Origin: Xanthobacter sp. NM-25
GTDB taxonomy: Bacteria > Pseudomonadota > Alphaproteobacteria > Rhizobiales > Xanthobacteraceae
DNA length: 32,000 bases
Assembly: GCF_022138605.1 (NCBI RefSeq)
Contig: NZ_JACBFS010000001.1
Coordinates: 847,851-879,850 of the forward strand
Direction: 5' to 3'
The position numbers and the translations under genes are program-made. The notes beneath the pieces are model-generated. The model had not been told where the DNA came from. It searched no databases and saw only the letters and a program-made list of their open reading frames with translations. Below are positions 17,858 to 25,914 of this stretch, in pieces (the stretch's first letter is position 1; each line of letters begins with the position of its first letter).

Positions 17858-19294
17858 GTGTCCCGCCTTGCTCTGCCTCCGCAGGTCCTCATTCCCCTCA
17901 TCGTCGCGTGCGCCCTGTTCATGGAGCAGGTGGACGCCACGGTCATCGCCACCTCCCTGCCCGCCATCGCCGCCGACCTCCACGAGGATCCGGTGGCGCT
18001 CAAGCTGGCGTTGACCTCCTATCTGCTGTCCCTGGCGGTGTTCATTCCCGCCAGCGGCTGGGCGGCCGATCGCTATGGCGCGCGCACGGTCTTCCGCTCC
18101 GCCATCGTCATCTTCACCATTGGCTCGGTGCTCTGCGGTCTGTCCACGTCGCTTGGCGACTTCGTGCTCTATCGCATCATCCAGGGGCTGGGCGGGGCCA
18201 TGATGGTGCCGGTGGGCCGGCTGGTCATCCTGCGCTCAGTGCCCAAGACCGAGCTGGTCTCGGCGCTCGCCTGGCTGACCATTCCGGCCCTGCTGGGGCC
18301 GGTGTTCGGGCCGCCCCTGGGTGGCTTCATCACCACCTATTTCAACTGGCGGCTCATCTTCTTCATCAACGTGCCCATGGGCATCCTGGGCGTGTTCCTC
18401 GCCACCCGCTTCATCGAGAATGTGCGGGAAGAGGACGTGCCGCCGCTTGATCTCAAGGGGCTCGTGCTCTCGGGCGTCGGCCTGGCCGGCGTGGTGTTCG
18501 GCTTCGCGGTGCTGGGCCAGGAGCTGGTGCCGCTGTGGGTGGCGCTGCTGGTGGGCGGCATCGGCCTCATCGCGCTCGCCGCCTATGTGCACCACGCCCA
18601 CCACACGCCGCACGCGGTCATCGACCTCCGGCTCCTGCGCTATCCCACCTTCCGTGCCGGCGTGGTGGGCGGCTCGCTGTTCCGGGTGGGCATCGGCGCC
18701 CTGCCCTTCCTGCTGCCGCTGATGCTGCAGCTCTCCTTCGGCCTGTCGGCCTTCGCCTCGGGCCTGCTCACCTTCGCCGCCTCCGCCGGCGCCATGATCA
18801 TGAAGTTCACCGCAGCGCCACTGCTGCGCCGGCTCGGCTACAAGCGAGTGCTGGTGATCAACGCTCTGGTGTCGGCCGGCTTCGTGGCCATCAACGCCCT
18901 GTTCACGCCCTTCACCCCGCACTGGATCATCACCATGCTGCTGCTGGCGGGCGGCTTCCTGCGCTCGCTGCAGTTCACCGCCCTCAATGCGCTGAGCTAT
19001 GCCGAGGTGGAGGCGGAGGAAATGAGCCGCGCCACCTCCTTCGCCAGCGTCGCGCAGCAGGTGTCCCTGTCCATGGGGGTGGCGCTGGCAGGATTCGTGC
19101 TGGAGTTCATGCGGGGCGAGCGGGGCGAAACCCACGTCACCCAGAACGACTTCACGGTGGCCTTCGTGGCGGTGGCGCTGGTGAGCGCCCTCTCCTTCTT
19201 CTACTTCATCCGCCTGCCGAAGAATGCCGGCGCCCAGCTCTCCGGCTCCAAGCCCGAGCTGGCCGACCCGCGCGGCGAGGTGGAGCACCCCTGA
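17858..19294 (+). CDS. MFS transporter, DHA2 (EmrB/QacA-like, 14-TMS) drug:H+ antiporter family
   Basis: 478 aa. LFMEQVDATVIATSLPAIAADL..., GWAADRYGARTVF (motif A) and about 14 hydrophobic segments. A GTG start at 17858 is needed to include TM1. Confidence 0.88.
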   Translation: MSRLALPPQVLIPLIVACALFMEQVDATVIATSLPAIAADLHEDPVALKLALTSYLLSLAVFIPASGWAADRYGARTVFRSAIVIFTIGSVLCGLSTSLGDFVLYRIIQGLGGAMMVPVGRLVILRSVPKTELVSALAWLTIPALLGPVFGPPLGGFITTYFNWRLIFFINVPMGILGVFLATRFIENVREEDVPPLDLKGLVLSGVGLAGVVFGFAVLGQELVPLWVALLVGGIGLIALAAYVHHAHHTPHAVIDLRLLRYPTFRAGVVGGSLFRVGIGALPFLLPLMLQLSFGLSAFASGLLTFAASAGAMIMKFTAAPLLRRLGYKRVLVINALVSAGFVAINALFTPFTPHWIITMLLLAGGFLRSLQFTALNALSYAEVEAEEMSRATSFASVAQQVSLSMGVALAGFVLEFMRGERGETHVTQNDFTVAFVAVALVSALSFFYFIRLPKNAGAQLSGSKPELADPRGEVEHP

Positions 19295-19301
19295 GGGCGG
19301 C

Positions 19302-20024
19302 TCACTCGGCCTCGGCGTCGTCCATCTGATCGCGCGACTGGCCGCGAAAACCGGTGGCCAGAACGTAGAGCTCGGCGGAATCGGCGCGGCTCGCCGCCGG
19401 CTTCACATGCTTCACCTGGGCGAAATCGCGCTTCAGGTCCGCCAGCAGCGTGCCTTCCGTGCCGCCCTGCAGCACCTTGGCGAGGAAGGCACCACCCGGC
19501 GCCAGCACCTGGCGGGCGAAATCCACCGCCAGCTCCACCAGCGCCACGATCTTGAGATGATCGGTCTTCTTGTGGCCGGTGGCGTTGGCCGCCATGTCCG
19601 ACATCACCAGATCCGCCGGGCCATCCAGCAACGCGAGCAGCTTTTCCGGCGCGTCGGGGGCCAGGAAGTCCATCTGCGCGAAGATGACGCCAGGAATGGG
19701 CTCCATCTCCAGAAGGTCGATGCCCACGATCTTGCCGTGGCCGCCCTCGAGCCCGATCTTCTGCGCCGCCACCTGGCTCCAGCCGCCGGGGGCGGCGCCG
19801 AGATCGACGATGCGCATGCCCTTGCGCAGCAGCTTCGCCTTCTCGTCCATCTCGATCAGCTTGAAGGCGGCGCGGGAGCGCCAGCCCTCGCGCCTGGCGC
19901 GGGCCACATAGGGATCGTTGAGCTGGCGCTGCAGCCAGCGCTGGGACGAGGTGGTGCGATTGCGGGAGGTCTTCACCCGCACCTTCAGCGGCCGACCGTC
20001 GGGACCGTGAGTCGGCGCGGTCAT
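19302..20024 (-). CDS. rlmE: 23S rRNA (uridine2552-2'-O)-methyltransferase RlmE (FtsJ/RrmJ)
   Basis: SSQRWLQRQLNDPYVARARREGWRSRAAFKLIEMDEKAKLL..GMRIVDLGAAPGGWSQVA...VMSDMAANATG...DH. These are the full set of RlmE motifs. Its ATG overlaps the stop of the upstream gene (ATGA). Confidence 0.93.
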   Translation of the reverse strand: MTAPTHGPDGRPLKVRVKTSRNRTTSSQRWLQRQLNDPYVARARREGWRSRAAFKLIEMDEKAKLLRKGMRIVDLGAAPGGWSQVAAQKIGLEGGHGKIVGIDLLEMEPIPGVIFAQMDFLAPDAPEKLLALLDGPADLVMSDMAANATGHKKTDHLKIVALVELAVDFARQVLAPGGAFLAKVLQGGTEGTLLADLKRDFAQVKHVKPAASRADSAELYVLATGFRGQSRDQMDDAEAE

Positions 20025-21361
20025 GGGCGCCCGCCCTTCTTCGACTTGCGCCGCCCGCCCGCCTTGAAACCCTTCATGTCACCACTCTTCATGCCCGCTG
20101 AATATCCAAGCCGGGGCGCGAACTCGCCCCGGGGTGCCTCCGGCGGCCGCGGCCCGCCGTCGACGCTGCACGTCTTGACCACGCCGCACGTTTTGACCAT
20201 GCCGTTGGCCGCGCCACCACCCACCGGCGGCTCCAGGCCTGGAGCAGGCTCCTGCGGCCGCGCCCGGCGCCAGACGCCGTCCGAGCGCATGAGCTGCACC
20301 AGCATCCCCTCCCTCAGGCCACGATCCGCCACCCGCAGGCGGTCGGCCGGGAACACCTCGCGCACCGCTTCCATGATGGCGCAGCCGGCCAGCACCAGAT
20401 CGGCCCGCTGGGCGCCGATGCAGGGATTGGCCACGCGCTCCTCGAACGACATGGTGGCGAGACGGTCCACCACGCCGGAAATGCTCTGGGCATGGAGCCA
20501 GGTGCCGTCGACCCGCGTGCGGTCATAGCGCTTCAGGCCGAGATGAATGCCGGCGACGGTGGTGACCGTGCCGGAAGTGCCGAGCAGGTGCATGCGCAGC
20601 GGCGGCTTGAGGCCCCAGCTCTCCCGCACGCCTTCCAGCATGGCGCGGACCTCGGCCACCATCTCGCGGAACACCTGCGGCGAGACCCGCACGCCGCCAT
20701 GGCGCTCGGACAGGGAAACCACGCCGACCGGCAGCGAGATCCAGGAGCGGATGCGGGCCCGCGGCGGGCCGTCATCGCCGGCCGAGCGGCGGCCCAGCCA
20801 CACCACCTCGGTGGAGCCGCCGCCGATGTCGAACAGAATGGCGCCATCGCAATTGGGATCCACCAGCGGCGCACAGCCGGCGGCGGCCAAGCCGGCCTCG
20901 GTGCGGCGGTCCACCACCTCGAGCTGCAGGCCGGTGCGCGCCCGCACATCGGCGCAGAAATCACTGCCGTTGGCGGCGGCGCGGCAGGCCTCGGTGGCGA
21001 TCACCCGGGCGCGGGACACCCCGCGGGCGGCCATCTTGGCGGCGCAGACCTCGAGCGCCGCGGCGGCGCGCTCCATGGCCGGCTCACCCAGGCGCCCGGA
21101 GGCGGTGAGCCCTTCGCCCAGGCGGACGATTCGCGAGAACGCGTCGACGACGCGAAAGCCACGGGAGGTGGGGCGCGCCACCAGCAGGCGGCAATTGTTG
21201 GTACCGAGATCGATGGCGGCATAGACCGGATCGGCGGGCGCGGCGCCCTGCTCCCGCTCCGGCGTCGCCAGCGCCGCGTGGTCCCTGTCGCGGGATTTCT
21301 CGCCCCTGGAAGGGGAAGACAGCCCCGAGCCCGACGCGGACCCGTGCGTCTCGTCCCTCAT
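20021..21361 (-). CDS. Ppx/GppA-family phosphatase (exopolyphosphatase / pppGpp phosphohydrolase-like)
   Basis: ASKHA-fold signature YAAIDLGTNNCRLLVAR...FRVVDAFSRIVRLGEGL...RVIATEACRAAANG...ILFDIGGGSTEVVW. It has a roughly 45-aa N-terminal and a roughly 90-aa low-complexity basic C-terminal extension. Confidence 0.88.
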   Translation of the reverse strand: MRDETHGSASGSGLSSPSRGEKSRDRDHAALATPEREQGAAPADPVYAAIDLGTNNCRLLVARPTSRGFRVVDAFSRIVRLGEGLTASGRLGEPAMERAAAALEVCAAKMAARGVSRARVIATEACRAAANGSDFCADVRARTGLQLEVVDRRTEAGLAAAGCAPLVDPNCDGAILFDIGGGSTEVVWLGRRSAGDDGPPRARIRSWISLPVGVVSLSERHGGVRVSPQVFREMVAEVRAMLEGVRESWGLKPPLRMHLLGTSGTVTTVAGIHLGLKRYDRTRVDGTWLHAQSISGVVDRLATMSFEERVANPCIGAQRADLVLAGCAIMEAVREVFPADRLRVADRGLREGMLVQLMRSDGVWRRARPQEPAPGLEPPVGGGAANGMVKTCGVVKTCSVDGGPRPPEAPRGEFAPRLGYSAGMKSGDMKGFKAGGRRKSKKGGRP

Positions 21362-21516
21362 ATCGATTCCCTCGCCGCAAGGCGGAACATGCGCTCGAAC
21401 CGGGGGTGCGCGTCACACCCCGGTTGCGCCTTGGAATCAATGTAACAGCGCATCCGGGCGGCGCAATGGCATCCGCCGCCCTTCTCTTGATCTTGCCCGA
21501 GTTTTGGGCGCCGCCC

Positions 21517-22266
21517 CTACTCCGCGGCGGTGCGACCGTCGAGATCCAGGGTGAGGCCCGCCGCCAGAGCGTCCACGCGGAACGCCTTCACCGCCTCCAG
21601 CGCCAGCTCGGCGGCGGTGCGGCTGCCAAGCGCCGGCAGCTTCTTCAGCACATCCGCCGGCGCGGTGATGATGTGGCAGCCCATGCGATCGGCCTCCACC
21701 ACGTTCCACACCTCGCGGGTGGACGCCCAGATGACTTCCACATTGGCGGTGGCGCGGGCCAGCTCCACCGCCCGCGACACCGCCGGCACATAATCAATGC
21801 CGGTGTCGGCGAGGCGGCCGGCGAACACCGAGATGCAGGCGGGTGCGCCACCGGCCAGCGCCGCCACGCCGGCTTCCACCTGCGGTAGGTCGAACACGGC
21901 GGTGAAATTCACCTTCACCCCATCATGGGCGAGATCGCGCGCCAGATCGTAGAGCGGCTCGTCGCGCGTGGTGGAGACGGGGATCTTCACATAGACATTG
22001 GGGCCCCAGCCGGCGATCAGCCGCGCCTGCGCCCGCATCTCGGCGATCTCGTCGGAGAACACCTCGAAGGAAATGTGCCGGTCGGGCACCGCCGCCACCA
22101 GATCCCGGGCGAACGCCTCGTAATGGGTCACGCCGGCCTTGCGCAGCAGCGACGGATTAGTGGTGAAGCCGGCGATGTGGCCATGGCGGGCCATCTCGAC
22201 GATCTGAGCCTTGTCCGCGCCATCGGTGAACAGCTTCACCTTGAGATCGGCGAGGGTGACGGACAT
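21517..22266 (-). CDS. Transaldolase-family protein (short transaldolase / fructose-6-phosphate aldolase-like)
   Basis: MSVTLADLKVKLFTDGADKAQIVEMARHGHIAGFTTNPSLLRKAG...NVYVKIPVS (Schiff-base Lys). Start at the ATG at 22266, preceded by CAGGAGGAA. Confidence 0.85.
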   Translation of the reverse strand: MSVTLADLKVKLFTDGADKAQIVEMARHGHIAGFTTNPSLLRKAGVTHYEAFARDLVAAVPDRHISFEVFSDEIAEMRAQARLIAGWGPNVYVKIPVSTTRDEPLYDLARDLAHDGVKVNFTAVFDLPQVEAGVAALAGGAPACISVFAGRLADTGIDYVPAVSRAVELARATANVEVIWASTREVWNVVEADRMGCHIITAPADVLKKLPALGSRTAAELALEAVKAFRVDALAAGLTLDLDGRTAAE

Positions 22267-22407
22267 GGGAATTCCTCCTGCAGCGGCAGCCATGGGTTGC
22301 TTAATGTTTCATACACCATGGAACAAGGATGTCCCGTGCGGCAACCATCGCGAAACCGCTTCCCGCCACATTGGGCGAACGAGTAGTGAAGGCGTAGCGA
22401 GGCTCGG

Positions 22408-22767
22408 ATGATCGCGGCGGACATGGTGGAGCGTATGGCGCGCGCGATGCACGCCTTTTCCCGCAATCGATACCCGCTGCTGGAGGCATGGGAAGACCTG
22501 TCGCCGGAGCGCCGCGCCTATCAGCGCCAATTGGCCGCCCACGCCCTGCAGGCGCTCACCGCCCACGACATCATCGAGATCACCTCCCACAACGCGCCGG
22601 AAATCGTCGCGCTGCCGGTGGAGCCCGGCCCTTGGGCGCTGGCGGAACTCCAGGAAGCCGCCATTTCCGACAACGGCACCGCCATGGATGCCCGGCGGCG
22701 CTATCGCTCCTTCCTCGCCACCGCCTCGCTGCCGCTGGCGACGCGCTATTCCGACGCCGCCACCTGA
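22408..22767 (+). CDS. Hypothetical protein (119 aa), no recognisable family
   Basis: ORF with strong GC3 bias and a GCGAGG SD-like sequence 6 nt before the ATG. It is divergent from the transaldolase gene and convergent with the flavodoxin operon. Confidence 0.6.
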   Translation: MIAADMVERMARAMHAFSRNRYPLLEAWEDLSPERRAYQRQLAAHALQALTAHDIIEITSHNAPEIVALPVEPGPWALAELQEAAISDNGTAMDARRRYRSFLATASLPLATRYSDAAT

Positions 22768-22800
22768 GCGGCGGCACATGAGGCTGGCCGGCGCGGCGCC

Positions 22801-23190
22801 CTATTCCGCCGCCAGCGGGCAGCAGCCGACGGCGACCTTGCCGAGAAAGCGCCGGCACTGCTGCTCTTTGTCGTAGCCGAGCAGGGTGCCGAGCATGAAA
22901 TCCTCCTCCGGCGAGAGGAGGTTGAGCGGCTTGGTGACGAAGCTGCGCACCACCGCCACGAACGCCTCGCGCCCGAAGAAGACGTTCACCTTGTTGGCGC
23001 TGACCTGCTGCACGAAATGATCGATCCCATCGCCGCGAAGTTTCGCGACGACGGGGAACGACTGCTGCAGGCTGACGGTCATCAGGAACAGGCCGCGCAC
23101 GCCCCGCCCATATTCATAGAGGTGGTGATGGAACAGCTTCAGCACCGCCGCATCGGCGGCGCGATCGGCAAGAGCTTGCGCGCGATCCAT
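22801..23190 (-). CDS. Small conserved hypothetical protein co-transcribed with flavodoxin; possibly DUF2023-like, from unverified recollection
   Basis: From the ATG at 23190: MDRAQALADRAADAAVLKLFHHHLYEYGRGVRGLFLMTV...FGREAFVAVVRSFVTKPLNLLSPEEDFMLGTLLGYDKEQQCRRF. It starts 32 nt downstream of the flavodoxin stop on the same strand, with good GC3. Confidence 0.7.
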   Translation of the reverse strand: MDRAQALADRAADAAVLKLFHHHLYEYGRGVRGLFLMTVSLQQSFPVVAKLRGDGIDHFVQQVSANKVNVFFGREAFVAVVRSFVTKPLNLLSPEEDFMLGTLLGYDKEQQCRRFLGKVAVGCCPLAAE

Positions 23191-23222
23191 GCGAACCAAC
23201 CCCCAGCTGGCGGAAGCGGGCC

Positions 23223-23705
23223 TCAAAGCAGCTTGCTGAGCCATGCCGTCACCCGCTTCTCGGTCATGCCCGACTGGCCGTCCTGATCGAGGGCAAGGCC
23301 CACGAACTGGCCATCCCGTTCGGCGGTGGAGTTGAGATAGTCGTAGCCTTCGGTGGCGGTGAAGCCGACCACCACGGCGCCCAGCTCCGTCACTTCGTCA
23401 TAAAGGATGCCCATGGCATCCACGAAGCTGTCGGGATAGGTGGCCTGGTCGCCGGTGCCGAACAGGGCCACCTTCTTGCCCTGCAGCTTGGCCGCGCGCA
23501 GCTTGTCGATATGCTCTTCCCAATCGGTCTGCAGGGTGCCGTCCCCATAGGTGGGCGAGCCGAGGATCAAAAGATCGCAGTTCTCGAAATCCGCCGGGCT
23601 CGCACTCTTGATGTCGACGCTGCGGCCCTGGCACTTCTTGGAAATCTTGGAGGCGACACCCTTGGTCGCGCCGCCGTCCGATCCGAAGATCACGGTCACA
23701 TTCAT
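23223..23705 (-). CDS. fldA: Long-chain flavodoxin
   Basis: MNVTVIFGSDGGATKGVASKISKK...DLLILGSPTYGDGTLQTDWEEHIDKL....GKKVALFGTGDQATYPDSFVDAMGILYDEV...GAVVVGFTATEGYDY..S.A..DGQFVGLALDQD.QSGMTEKRVTAWL. It is colinear with E. coli FldA, including the FMN phosphate loop and the long-chain insertion. Confidence 0.93.
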   Translation of the reverse strand: MNVTVIFGSDGGATKGVASKISKKCQGRSVDIKSASPADFENCDLLILGSPTYGDGTLQTDWEEHIDKLRAAKLQGKKVALFGTGDQATYPDSFVDAMGILYDEVTELGAVVVGFTATEGYDYLNSTAERDGQFVGLALDQDGQSGMTEKRVTAWLSKLL

Positions 23706-23730
23706 AGCTCGATCTCTTTATTGAATTCTT

Positions 23731-23767
23731 CAAAATCAAATAAACGGCCTCGCAGAGAAGCGAGGCC
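23731..23767 (-). terminator. Intrinsic terminator-like hairpin inside the flavodoxin 5' leader; candidate attenuator
   Basis: Minus strand: GGCCTCGC-ttctct-GCGAGGCC (8-bp perfect stem, 23746-23767), followed by GTTTATTTGATTTTG. The U-tract ends 25 nt before the fldA ATG at 23705. Confidence 0.6.
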
Positions 23768-24019
23768 TGAACACTCAGCACGCTCAGGCTAAAAAACACC
23801 TGAGGAACTGACAATATAGCGCAACACCGAATTGCAAGAAAGAAGAAGTTGATATAACAGATGAAGCATCCGGAAACAGACGTTTCTCGGAACGATTTTC
23901 GAGCTTTAGGTTCTTTGTTGTTTTTCTAATTTTAGTATGGAGACCGCAAGCCCCGCGCATACAGCAAAGCGATTCTTGAGAGCGGGTCGTGAGACGCGCG
24001 AAAGCCCATGAGCCGGAGC

Positions 24020-24070
24020 TAGAAAGCAAGAAAGGCAGGTCGCGGGATCGCGGCCTGCCTTTCTTTTTCA
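24020..24070 (-). terminator. Terminator downstream of ilvC; U-rich tails on both strands, so potentially bidirectional
   Basis: Stem AAGGCAGGTCGCG-ggat-CGCGGCCTGCCTT (24032-24062; 13 bp, one G.U). The minus-strand tail is TCTTGCTTTCT and the plus-strand tail is TCTTTTTC. Confidence 0.7.
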
Positions 24071-24076
24071 TCCATC

Positions 24077-24114
24077 CGGTGCGGCTCCCGAGCAAAGATG
24101 CAGGAGCCGCACCG
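24077..24114 (-). terminator. Stable hairpin immediately 3' of ilvC with no U-tract; possibly an mRNA-stabilising or accessory terminator stem
   Basis: CGGTGCGGCTCC-14 nt-GGAGCCGCACCG (12-bp perfect stem), 26 nt after the ilvC stop at 24140. Confidence 0.4.
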
Positions 24115-24139
24115 AAGAGAGCCCGGCGCGATAGACGCC

Positions 24140-25820
<1,681 letters not shown>

Positions 25821-25914
25821 GGAAAAGCTCTGGGCATGACGATCGACGGGGCCCTCCCCCGGCTGGGGGAGGGAGCTGGACGGCAAAGGGGTGCACAAGG
25901 CGGCGCGGGCCGCC

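Noticed and set aside
17018-19288. Minus-strand ORFs 17018..17983 (321 aa) and 18236..19288 (350 aa)
   Set aside because: They are antisense to the 181-aa gene and the MFS transporter. They are Gly/Arg/His-rich with no signal or motifs, while the sense strand shows clear MFS TM periodicity and motif A.
21393-21401. GGTTCGAGC (minus strand), resembling a tRNA T-loop
   Set aside because: The flanking bases do not form a T-stem, and no acceptor, D or anticodon arms can be drawn. It is part of the AACCGGGG...CCCCGGTT intergenic hairpin.
19224-21445. Plus-strand ORFs 19224..20528 (434 aa) and 20492..21445 (317 aa)
   Set aside because: Antisense shadows of rlmE and the Ppx/GppA gene, with low-complexity Ala/Gly/Arg content.
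23398-23814. 138-aa minus-strand ORF starting with TTG in the fldA leader and overlapping fldA out of frame; considered as a possible regulatory uORF
   Set aside because: It does not terminate before fldA, and it has no SD and non-protein-like sequence. It is not a credible leader peptide.
23706-24030. Known regulatory classes upstream of flavodoxin: FMN (RFN) riboswitch, sigma-54 -24/-12 promoter (TGGCAC-N5-TTGC), Irr ICE box (TTTAGAA-N3-TTCTAAA) and Fur box
   Set aside because: I searched both strands by eye. No RFN core segments and no GG-N10-GC promoter with proper spacing are present. Only partial or permuted ICE-like fragments occur (TTCTAATTTTAG, TTTAGGTTCTTTG), and they do not fit the palindromic consensus. 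No Fur-box 19-mer is present.
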